NCBI GenBank assembly: GCA_032718475.1
Contig: JAUCBJ010008396.1
Location: 42,977-106,976 of the forward strand
DNA: 64,000 nt
Source: Nemertoderma westbladi
Lineage: Eukaryota; Animalia; Xenacoelomorpha
Reading direction: 5' to 3'
The notes beneath the pieces are model-generated. The model was given only the letters and a program-made list of their open reading frames with translations. It did not search any database and was not told the DNA's origin. The position numbers and the translations under genes are program-made. Of this stretch, positions 23,914-35,700 are shown piece after piece (within the stretch, counting starts at the first letter, position 1; each line of letters begins with the position of its first letter).

Positions 23914-25943
23914 GTACAGTATCTTACCATGAATAACTCTGTACAGTATCTTACCATGAATAACTCTGTACAGTGTCTTACCATGAATAACTCTGTACAG
24001 TGTCTTACCATGAATAACTCTGTACAGTGTCTTACCATGAATAACTCTGTACAGTATCTTTCCATGAATAACTCTGTAGAGTATCTTACCATGAATAACT
24101 CTGTACAGTGTCTTACCATGAATAACTCTGTACAGTGTCTTACCATGAATAACTCTGTACAGTGTCTTACCATGAATAACTCTGTACAGTATCTTTCCAT
24201 GAATAACTCTGTAGAGTATCTTACCATGAATAACTCTGTACAGTATCTTACCATGAATAACTCTGTACAGTGTCTTACCATGAATAACTCTGTACAGTAT
24301 CTTACCATGAATAACTCTGTACAGTATCTTACCATGAATAACTCTGTACAGTGTCCTACCATGAATAACTCTGTACAGTATCTTACCTTGAATAACTCTG
24401 TACAGTATCTTACCATGAATAACTCTGTACAGTGTCTTACCATGAATAACTCTGTACAGTGTCTTACCATGAATAACTCTGTACAGTGTCTTACCATGAA
24501 TAACTCTGTACAGTATCTCACCATGAATAACTCTGTACAGTGTCTTACCATGAATAACTCTGTACAGTGTCTTACCATGAATAACTCTGTACAGTGTCTT
24601 ACCATGAATAACTCTGTACAGTATCTTACCATGAATAACTCTGTACAGTGTCTTACCATGAATAACTCTGTACAGTGTCTTACCATGAATAACTCTGTAC
24701 AGTATCTTACCATGAATAACTCTGTACAGTGTCTTACCATGAATAACTCTGTACAGTATCTTACCATGAATAACTCTGTACAGTGTCTTACCATGAATAA
24801 CTCTGTACAGTGTCTTACCATGAATAACTCTGTACAGTATCTTACCATGAATAACTCTGTACAGTGTCTTACCATGAATAACTCTGTACAGTGTCTTACC
24901 ATGAATAACTCTGTACAGTATCTTACCATGAATAACTCTGTACAGTATCTTACCATGAATAACTCTGTACAGTATCTTACCATGAATAACTCTGTACAGT
25001 GTCTTACCATGAATAACTCTGTACAGTGTCTTACCATGAATAACTCTGTACAGTATCTTACCATGAATAACTCTGTACAGTGTCTTACCATGAATAACTC
25101 TGTACAGTATCTTACCATGAATAACTCTGTACAGTATCTTACCATGAATAACTCTGTACAGTATCTTACCATGAATAACTCTGTACAGTGTCTTACCATG
25201 AATAACTCTGTACAGTATCTTACCATGAATAACTCTGTACAGTGTCTTACCATGAATAACTATGTACAGTGTCTTACCATGAATAACTCTGTACAGTATC
25301 TTACCATGAATAACTCTGTACAGTGTCTTACCATGAATAACTCTGTACAGTGTCTTACCATGAATAACTCTGTACAGTATCTTACCATGAATAACTCTGT
25401 ACAGTATCTTACCATGAATAACTCTGTACAGTGTCTTACCATGAATAACTCTGTACAGTGTCTTACCATGAATAACTCTGTACAGTATCTTACCATGAAT
25501 AACTCTGTACAGTGTCTTACCATGAATAACTCTGTACAGTATCTTACCATGAATAACTCTGTACAGTGTCTTACCATGAATAACTATGTACAGTGTCTTA
25601 CCATGAATAACTCTGTACAGTATCTTACCATGAATAACTCTGTACAGTGTCTTACCATGAATAACTCTGTACAGTGTCTTACCATGAATAACTCTGTACA
25701 GTATCTTACCATGAATAACTCTGTACAGTATCTTACCATGAATAACTCTGTACAGTGTCTTACCATGAATAACTCTGTACAGTGTCTTACCATGAATAAC
25801 TCTGTACAGTGTCTTACCATGAATAACTCTGTACAGTGTCTTACCATGAATAACTCTGTACAGTGTCTTACCATGAATAACTCTGTACAGTGTCTTACCA
25901 TGAATAACTCTGTACAGTGTCTTACCATGAATAACTCTGTACA
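23914..25943. repeat. 27-bp minisatellite (GTACAGT[G/A]TCTTACCATGAATAACTCT), about 75 copies, in TPPP intron 3
   Basis: Near-perfect tandem units with two main variants (G/A). It generates the spurious 683-aa and 707-aa ORFs. Confidence 0.97.
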
Positions 25944-26003
25944 CGTATGTAATTTTAACGTAATTTCTACGTCGATTTGATTAAACATTGATTTCGTTAT
26001 TAG

Positions 26004-26094
26004 GTTTGATGCTGAAGGAAAAGGAAAAGGAATTGAAGGAAGAGAGGAACGCGGAGACGGAACTGGTTACGTAACTGGATCAAAGTTGAAATGA
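26004..26094 (+). CDS. TPPP: TPPP exon 4, terminal (FDAEGKGKGIEGREERGDGTGYVTGSKLK*)
   Basis: TTATTAG acceptor, phase 2; motifs RFD..GKGKG..GR and GYV.G; TGA stop. The spliced product is 156 aa. Confidence 0.93.
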
Positions 26095-27339
26095 GAATAT
26101 TAGAACTTAGGCCTATTATAAGATAATCACATATAGTTATTTATTGTATCATATTTGAAAGATATTATTCTTAAATTGTTTCTTTTCCGCCCGAATATAC
26201 CCCCAAATCGGACAAAAATTAGTAATATTTTCCTTAGGGAAAAAAATATAATCCATATATAACCCATATATATGTTTGCATTGATTTCACTTTTTCAACT
26301 TATTTTCAACTATTTAACAAATTGTAAAAATATTTAACCCCGCAGAATGAAATTTTTTATGTGTTCATTCATGTTTATTACAACTTTAGTGTCTGCAAAA
26401 CGAATTCCAAAACGGAACTCAATATCCAATATTGGTTTATGTTGTTAAGCGGCTCTCTAGTTACGTAATAAATATTCGAGAACACTAAATTATTTAACAT
26501 TGAGAAAGGCTGCATCAGGAGTTGAAGCATGGCCTACTATATATATATATATATATATGTATTTCGTTCTACGTTTTATTAAAGAATTTAAGCAACAAAA
26601 AAGTACCAATTTAAGAATAAAATTACGTATTATAGCCTACATGGGGGAAAAAACGTAGAACTTTTTTTCAATATTCTTGACAATTTATTAACCTCGCTTA
26701 CGCTCAGTAAATAAAGTCCCTCGAGAATAGTGAAAAAATTATTTAAGTAATAAAAAATTATGATTATTTTACTCATATAATTATTATTCTTTGTAAATGT
26801 AAATATTAGCAATAATTCCCTAAATCTGTATCGATGAACTGATAGACAAAACTAGAACAAGAAACTACAATATATAAGGTCGCTAATAAAAAGCGACGGT
26901 TTTTATTTTTTTCGAAAACCAACCACAAGAAATGGACTTACTTGATAATCAGTTGGTTTATTTAAAAGTTCAAATCCTGAGATTTAATTCAAAACAACAT
27001 TATGAAGTGTTGTTTAGGTAAGGCGCTATATATGAGTATTATTATAATTTCTATTATTACAATTTTGTTTAATCGTTTTGCCTAAATTTGTAAAATTAAT
27101 CATTCCATTTTGTATTTCACATTGCAAATGTATATAAAACTTTGTAGACAATGCACGTGTGGTGGTGGTGTGTGACAGATTATTTGTATAGTTTGGTAAA
27201 TGTATTAAAATAATTTTCTTCTAATCTTTTTAATGGTTATTGTATTTATTCTCTTTCGGAATTGTATTTTTATTTATCTAATTATCTTTAGCTAATAAAT
27301 TTCCGGTTTCTTTGACTTATTTATGTTATAATAACTGAC

Positions 27340-30300
27340 CTCATAAGGCGCAGAAAGAGTCCCGGCTCAAACAGACTACAGCAGCCAAGAATGCAGTTAA
27401 GGCTGCATCTAGGTCCCTGAACAGGCAGTACTCTGCTAATCTACAGGAGCTAATAAACCAACAGGTTGATGCCATCAATGATGCTGACGACAGCAGGCAA
27501 TCATCCCAGGCATGGAAATCGATCAATGTTCTTACTGGGCGGAAAAGCCAACCAACCACCAAGGTTAAGGCTGAATCACCAGCCGATCGCCTCAATGGTT
27601 GGAAAGCCCACTTTGAAAAGCTCCTCAATAATGACAGGGTATTGTCTGATAACTTTATAGAAGTAAAAGTGTCTGAGTCTGTACTCCCAGATATTCCCAT
27701 TGGTGATATCTCCTTTGCAGAAGTGAAGGCTGCTGCAAAGAGCATTAAGACCAATCGTGCCAGTGGAGTAGATGGTGTTCCCCCTGAGGTCTTTAAAATA
27801 CCTGAGTGTTTAAAGCTCATCTATCCCATCATAGTAGACATGTACCGAACAACAAGAGTCCCACAAGAAATTAAAACAAATAAGTTGGTGCCAGTTCCCA
27901 AGAAGGGCAACCTAACACTCTATGGTTCTTTTCGGGGAATCTCATTGATCTCGATTGCTGCAAAGCTATACAATAGGATTCTATTAAATCGCATCAGGGA
28001 TCCCATTGAGAGACTGCTCCGTGGAAATCAGAATGGGTTCCGTAAAGGTCGTGAGACCATGGAGCCCATTTTGGCACTTAGAAGGATAATTGAAGAGTTA
28101 TCAAAAAAGAAAGACAGGCATCTGGCTGTTATCTTTGTTGACTTCTTCAAGGCCTTTGATTCAGTCTCTCGCTCACGTATGTTCAGCATACTTTCATTAT
28201 ATGGGATTCCTGATGAAATTATTGCAGCAATCAGATCAGTATACGATGGTTCGACAACATTTGTGTCTACTGTTGACGGTGACACAGAACCATTTGAAGT
28301 GTTATGGGGCGTCCTCCAAGGAGACACACTTGCACCATTCTTGTTCATTATTGTGGTTGACTATGTTCTACGCATGTCCTTAGATCATTATAATGATGAT
28401 GGGGTGATGATAACTCCACCTACTGGCTCCAGAAGTCGAGGAAATCCTGCCAAGTACATAACTGATCTAGACTTTGCTGATGACTTAGGAGTACTCTCAG
28501 AATCATTAGAGGGAGCCCAACGGCTCCTCAGCTGATTAGAACATGCTGCTTCTAGTGTTGGTCTTTTTATTAACTCCAGAAAGACCAAAATTCTGACAGT
28601 TAACTTTGAAAGTCCTCAGCAAGTCTCTGATCGGATGAGCATAAGCTCAAAGGATGGTATGCTTGAGCATGTGGACGACTTCTGTTACCTGGGATCATGG
28701 ATCCGGAAGTCAGGCGAGGACCTTCGAATACGTAAGGGAAAGGCATGGGCAGCCTTGAATAGGCTTTCCAGGATTTGGAAGTCACCGAGAATTAATCGGA
28801 AACTTAAGGTCCGATTACTTAGAGCAGCAGTAGTTCCAGTACTCCTCTACGGGAGTCCATGCTGGGCTCTAACTGCTGAGGACACCAAATCTCTGGATGG
28901 CACATTCACAAGAATGCTACGCCGGGTTCATTGTGTCAAGTACAATGCACACATCTCCAACCAGACACTATATAACATTGGAGGAGTCTCATTGGTCCCC
29001 AAGCTTGGCACTAGAACAAAATCGCCTCCGCTTTGCAGGACATTGCTTTCGCCGTGAGGACCAGCCAGTGCATAATCTTGTACTTTGGCAGCCTCATGGA
29101 GTGAATAAGCATGGTGGACCGCCCATGACTTTCATGAGACGCATCTTAACCCTATTAGTACCGGGCTATAAAATGTTGTACAAATACCGGGGGGGGGGGT
29201 CATATTGACCCCCCCCCCCCCCCCCCCCTCTAAAATCTACAAATATTCACGAAAACGGCTGATTTTTTGTTTGTGCGTAGGTATCACTTGTCTGGATCCG
29301 ACCGAAAAAAAAAATTTTCGAAAAAATGTACTGTGGTGGTTATATTGCAGCACCAAAATTACAAGTAGTGCACAATTTTCACAAAATTTGAAAGTTACAT
29401 TTTCGGCTAATTATTTTTCAATACAGGTTTTCTGGGGTGCAAAATACATTGCAAAATATTAAAAAAATGATATGATTACTATAAATGGCTGTTTAGTCCT
29501 CTCTGCGTAGGAAAAAAAATGAAAAAAACAAGTAACCAGCACTTTTCAGTTAGAACACAAAATTTTTAATTCACTTATACGATGCTATAAATTCACATTT
29601 TCAGGTTTTCGAGGGCGCTGATTCTAATGGAATACATTTCTAATATGCCAGATGATTGCTACTTGTATTTTTCGGCGTAATTTGGCAAATTTTGGTGCTA
29701 GCACCAAATTTCGTACCCATCACCAAAAAGTACAAGTTTGCGATGTCCAGTGCTGTTTTTATTGATTCCATCGGATTCAGGACCCTCATAAACCCGTATA
29801 ACGCAAGAAACAAGGTGATACTATCTACTTATTAATTTGCATATTTTCCAAAATTTGGTGCTGGCACAACAATTTTCACCCACCGGCGAAAAATACAAGT
29901 TTGAGAACTCTTATGAAATTTTTACTGATTCCATTGAATTCAGAACCATCACAAACCCGTATAACGCAAGAAACAAGGTGACACAATCAATTGATATATT
30001 TGATGGTTTTCAAAATGTGGTGCTAGCACCACATTTTGCACCCACATCCGAAAAATACAAGTTTGAGATGTCTAGTTCGATAATTGTATTTTCCATTGAA
30101 TTCAGAACAGCCATAAACCTCTAAAACGCAAGAAATAAATTGTCACAAGCAATTTTATCTATTGAACAGATTTTCAAAATTTCGTGCTAGCACCAAAATT
30201 TGCACACAGCACCGAAAAATACAAGTTTGATACGCTTGGTGCAACTCGTATATATTTCATCGAATCCAGAAACCCAAAAAACCCCAATTGCGTAAAAAAC

Positions 30301-30911
30301 AAGTTTCAAACGATCAATTTACAAAATTGACTTATTTCAAAATTTGGTGCTGGCACCAAAATTTGGCACCCACCGAAAAAAACAAGTTTGAAATTTCTAA
30401 ATCAATTTATATGAATTCCATCAAATTTCTAACACCAAAAAACCGGTGTAAATCAAAAATAGAGATGTTACAATTAATATTTAATGAAATGTAATTTTCA
30501 AAAAACGTCTCAAAAAAAGTGCCAAAAGTAGGGTTAAAAAATGGTGCTATAACTCGAAAAGTACCCAATATTTTTGAAAACGGTTTTCACTACTAGGAAG
30601 ACAATAGATTTTTAGGAAAAGTCATAAAATTTCAGATTCCCAACTGCGTTAGTTTCAGAATTATAATAAAAAAACCACGGGAAGGGTCATATTGACCCCC
30701 CCCCCCCCCCCGGGTTTAATAGGGTTAAAGGACACTGGCCTTGAAGAAGCGGATAATCTCGCGAAAGTCATGGGGGATACTGAGTTGTGGCGGTTCAACT
30801 TTGTTGATAAGCCGGCATAGCATTCTTAATGCACGCTGCATTGGGCTTGCCAATTGTGTTAGCCAGCATCTCAATGTGCAGCTTCAATGCAGCATGCCGA
30901 TTATAGATATA
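27340..30911 (+). mobile_element. Longer 5'-truncated RTE-like LINE (RT domain) with a premature stop, interrupted by a piggyBac-like element
   Basis: ORF 27642-28535 contains PVPKKG, FRGISL, NQNGFRKGR, FVDFFKAFDSV, QGDTLAPFLF and FADD. TGA at 28533-28535 replaces TCA in the other copy. The LINE resumes at 30729 after the insertion. Confidence 0.92.
29150..30724. mobile_element. Non-autonomous piggyBac-like DNA transposon (1575 bp)
   Basis: TTAA TSDs at 29146-29149 and 30725-30728; the empty site CTTAAAGGAC is seen at 15721 in the other LINE. Termini are CCCTATTAGTACCGGG / CCGGGTTTAATAGGG, with a subterminal GGGTCATATTGACCCC at both ends. Diverged internal ~160-bp repeats are centred on GGTGCTAGCACC. 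No transposase ORF. Confidence 0.9.
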
Positions 30912-32765
30912 TGGATCATCCTAAGTCCTGTTTAAATTACTAAATAAACTATATTATTTTATATATTATATCATCAATAAAAACATTACATGATTGTTAT
31001 CAGTTCAGGACAATGCGTTATTGTATTTTAACTACTAGTTATAAGGTCCAATTATTGTATTTTATAGTCAGCATGTTGGATAAAACCACCGTGAAACAGT
31101 AGGCCTACTTAGTTCGAATATTGCCAGAAATAAAGAGGATATTCTTGGAACTATTACTCGAACACAGCTGGAGAGTTTCTTATAAATCTACGCCGTATTG
31201 TACGTCAGAATTAATAGTGGGCAATTTATCAAAAATTCGTTTATGTTAACAATAAATTATTCCATAATTCTATATACATTTCCAACCATTATTGACAAAA
31301 ACGTTTCTCATTTGTAAATTTAGTAGACCGCAAATATAGACGATTTCACATGTAAACCGTAACAAATGCCTAGTGATGAGTTTCTTGGCATGCACCCAAG
31401 CATCCTAAAATATTACTGGTATTCATTAACTGTAGTAACAGTACTCCCATATTGATTGTTTTCTATCAATTTTTATACACCTTTTCATTTTCATTTTTAT
31501 GACTTCTTAAATTATTATATTCTTTTAACACTTTATTTGACGTTTATAAGTTTATAAATCAATAAGTTATGTCTTTAAAGAAGATTTACGAAGAGTATGT
31601 AAAGCTTGGCAAACAGGCTGAGTTAACGTCAGCCATGTGGAAGAAAGTTCTAGAGGATGCAGGACTCAGTACGAAGAAAAAGTCCGCTGGTAATAGTCTG
31701 GATGGGGCTGAGGTTGACATGATATTTACACGTTGCAAGTAAGTTTGTGTTGTGTATAGTAAGTTTGTGTATAGTAAGTTTGTGTTGTGTATAGTAAGTT
31801 TGTGTTGTGTATAGTAAGTTTGTGTTGTGTATAGTAAGTTTGTGTTGTGTATAGTAAGTTTGTGTTGTGTATTGTAAGTTTGTGCATAGTAAGTTTGTAT
31901 TATGTATAGTAAGTTTGTGTTGTGTATAGTAAGTTTGTATTATGTATAGTAAGTTTGTGTTGTGTATAGTAAGTTTGTATTATGTATAGTAAGTTTGTGT
32001 TGTGTATAGTAAGTTTGTGCATAGTAAGTTTGTGTTGTGTATAGTAAGTTTGTATCGTGCATAGTAAGTTTGTGTTGTATTATGTATAGTAAGTTTGTGT
32101 TGTGTAGAGTAAGTTTGTGTTGTGTATAGTAAGTTTGTGCATAGTAAGTTTGTATTATGTATAGTAAGTTTGTGCATAGTAAGTTTGTATTATGTATAGT
32201 AAGTTTGTGCTGTGTATAGTAAGTTTGTGTTGTGTATAGTAAGTTTGTATTATGTATAGTAAGTTTGTATTATGTATAGTAAGTTTGTGCATAGTAAGTT
32301 TGTATCGTGCATAGTAAGTTTGTATCGTGTATAGTAAGTTTGTGTTGTGTATAGTAAGTTTATCTTGTGTATAGTAAGTTTGTGCATAGTAAGTTTGTGT
32401 TGTGTATAGTAAGTTTGTGTTGTGTATAGTAAGTTTATCTTGTGTATAGTAAGTTTGTGTTGTGTATAGTAAGTTTGTGTTGTGTATAGTAAGTTTGTGC
32501 ATAGTAAGTGTAAGTAAGTGAGTAAGTAAGTGTATAGTAAGTAAGTTTGTGTTGTATTATGTAGAGTAAGTTTGTATCGTGCATAGTAAGTTTGTGTTGT
32601 ATTATGTATAGTAAGTTTGTGTTGTGTAGAGTAAGTTTGTGTTGTGTATAGTAAGTTTGTATTATGTATAGTAAGTTTGTGCATAGTAAGTTTGTATTAT
32701 GTATAGTAAGTTTGTGCATAGTAAGTTTGTATTATGTATAGTTAGTTTGTGCATAGTAAGTTTGT
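30729..32765 (+). repeat. Segmental duplicate of ~15726-17762 (LINE 3' end, TPPP upstream region, exon 1, first ~1 kb of satellite)
   Basis: Constant 15,003-bp offset (15738/30741, 16566/31569, 16977/31980, 17432/32435); only isolated substitutions noticed. Confidence 0.95.
31569..31738 (+). CDS. TPPP: TPPP copy 2, coding exon 1 (appears identical to 16566-16735); downstream exons are not in the window
   Basis: Same ATG, sequence and CAA|GTAAGT donor as copy 1. Confidence 0.8.
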
Positions 32766-35700
32766 ATTATGTATAGTAAGTTTGTGCATAGTAAGTTTGT
32801 GTTGTGTATAGTAAGTTTGTGTTGTGTATAGTAAGTTTGTGTTGTGTATAGTAAGTTTGTATTATGTATATTAAGTTTGTGTTGTGTATAGTAAGTTTGT
32901 GTTGTATTATGTATAGTAAGTTTGTGTTGTGTATAGTAAGTTTGTGTTGTGTATAGCAAGTTTGTGTTGTATTATGTATAGTAAGTTTGTGTTGTGTATA
33001 GTAAGTTTGTGTTGTGTATAGTAAGTTTGTGTTGTATTATGTATAGTAAGTTTGTGTTGTGTATAGTAAGTTTGTGTTGATAGTAAGTTTGTATTATGTA
33101 TAGTAAGTTTGTGTTGTGTATAGTAAGTTTGTATTATGTATAGTAAGTTTTTGTTGTATTATGTATAGTAAGTTTGTGTTGTGTATAGTAAGTTTGTGTT
33201 GTATTATGTATAGTAAGTTTGTGTTGTGTATAGTAAGTTTGTGTTGTGTATAGTAAGTTTGTGTTGTGTATAGTAAGTTTGTATTATGTATAGTAAGTTT
33301 GTGTTGTGTATAGTAAGTTTGTGTAGTGTGTAGTAAGTTTGTGTTGTATTATGTATAGTAAGTTTGTGTTGTATTATGTATAGTAAGTTTGTATTGTGTA
33401 TAGTAAGTTTGTGTTGATAGTAAGTTTGTATTATGTATAGTAAGTTTGTGTTGTGTATAGTAAGTTTGTATTATGTATAGTAAGTTTGTGTTGTATTATG
33501 TATAGTAAGTTTGTGTTGTGTATAGTAAGTTTGTGTTGTATTATGTATAGTAAGTTTGTGTTGTGTATAGTAAGTTTGTGTTGTGTATTGTAAGTTTGTG
33601 TTGTGTATAGTAAGTTTGTATTATGTATAGTAAGTTTGTGTTGTGTATAGTAAGTTTGTGTTGTGTATAGTAAGTTTGTGTTGTGTATAGTAAGTTTGTG
33701 TTGTGTATAGTAAGTTTGTATTATGTATAGTAAGTTTGTGTTGTGTATAGTAAGTTTGTGTTGTGTATAGTAAGTTTGTGTTGAGTATAGTAAGTTTGTG
33801 CATAGTAAGTTTGTATTATGTATAGTAAGTTTGTGTTGTGTATAGTAAGTTTGTGTTGTGTATAGTAAGTTTGTGTTGTGTATATTAAGTTTGTGTTGTG
33901 TATAGTAAGTTTGTGTTGTGTATAGTAAGTTTGTGTTGTTTATAGTACGTTTGTATTATGTATAGTAAGTTTGTGTTGTGTATAGTAAGTTTGTGTTGTG
34001 TATAGTAAGTTTGTGTTGTATTATGTATAGTAAGTTTGTGTTGTGTATAGTAAGTTTGTGTTGTGTATAGTAAGTTTGTGTTGTGTATAGTAAGTTTGTA
34101 TTATGTATAGTAAGTTTGTGTTGTGTATAGTAAGTTTGTGTTGTGTATAGTAAGTTTGTGTTGTATTATGTATAGTAAGTTTGTGTTGTGTATAGTAAGT
34201 TTGTGTTGATAGTAAGTTTGTATTATGTATAGTAAGTTTGTGTTGTGTATAGTAAGTTTGTATTATGTATAGTAAGTTTGTGTTGTATTATGTATAGTAA
34301 GTTTGTGTTGTGTATAGTAAGTTTGTGTTGTATTATGTATAGTAAGTTTGTGTTGTGTATAGTAAGTTTGTGTTGTGTATAGTAAGTTTGTGTTGTGTAT
34401 AGTAAGTTTGTATTATGTATAGTAAGTTTGTGTTGTATATAGTAAGTTTGTGTTGTGTATAGTAAGTTTGTGTTGTGTATAGTAAGTTTGTGTTTTGTAT
34501 AGTAAGTTTGTATTATGTATAGTAAGTTTGTGTTGTGTTTGTGTTGTGTATAGTAAGTTTGTGTTGAGTATAGTAAGTTTGTGCATAGTAAGTTTGTATT
34601 ATGTATAGTAAGTTTGTGTTGTGTATAGTAAGTTTGTGTTGTGTATAGTAAGTTTGTGTTGTGTATATTAAGTTTGTGTTGTGTATAGTAAGTTTGTGTT
34701 GTGTATAGTAAGTTTGTGTTGTTTATAGTACGTTTGTGTTGTGTATAGTAAGTTTGTGTTGTGTATAGTAAGTTTGTGTTGTGTATAGTACGTTTGTGTT
34801 GTGTATAGTAAGTTTGTGTTGTGTATAGTAAGTTTGTATTATGTATAGTAAGTTTGTGTTGTGTATAGTAGGTTTGTGTTGTGTTTAGTAAGTTTGTGTT
34901 GTGTATAGCAAGTTTGTGTTGTATTATGTATAGTAAGTTTGTGTTGTGTATAGTAAGTTTGTGTTGTGTATAGTAAGTTTGTGTTGTATTATGTATAGTA
35001 AGTTTGTGTTGTGTATAGTAAGTTTGTGTTGATAGTAAGTTTGTATTATGTATAGTAAGTTTGTGTTGTGTATAGTAAGTTTGTATTATGTATAGTAAGT
35101 TTTTGTTGTATTATGTATAGTAAGTTTGTGTTGTGTATAGTAAGTTTGTGTTGTATTATGTATAGTAAGTTTGTGTTGTGTATAGTAAGTTTGTGTTGTG
35201 TATAGTAAGTTTGTGTTGTGTATAGTAAGTTTGTATTATGTATAGTAAGTTTGTGTTGTGTATAGTAAGTTTGTGTAGTGTGTAGTAAGTTTGTGTTGTA
35301 TTATGTATAGTAAGTTTGTGTTGTATTATGTATAGTAAGTTTGTATTGTGTATAGTAAGTTTGTGTTGATAGTAAGTTTGTATTATGTATAGTAAGTTTG
35401 TGTTGTGTATAGTAAGTTTGTATTATGTATAGTAAGTTTGTGTTGTATTATGTATAGTAAGTTTGTGTTGTGTATAGTAAGTTTGTGTTGTATTATGTAT
35501 AGTAAGTTTGTGTTGTGTATAGTAAGTTTGTGTTGTGTATTGTAAGTTTGTGTTGTGTATAGTAAGTTTGTATTATGTATAGTAAGTTTGTGTTGTGTAT
35601 AGTAAGTTTGTGTTGTGTATAGTAAGTTTGTGTTGTGTATAGTAAGTTTGTGTTGTGTATAGTAAGTTTGTATTATGTATAGTAAGTTTGTGTTGTGTAT

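Noticed and set aside
23821-25988. 683-aa and 707-aa repeat ORFs on both strands
   Set aside because: A 27-bp unit is open in several frames by chance. It lies between two TPPP exons that splice in phase.
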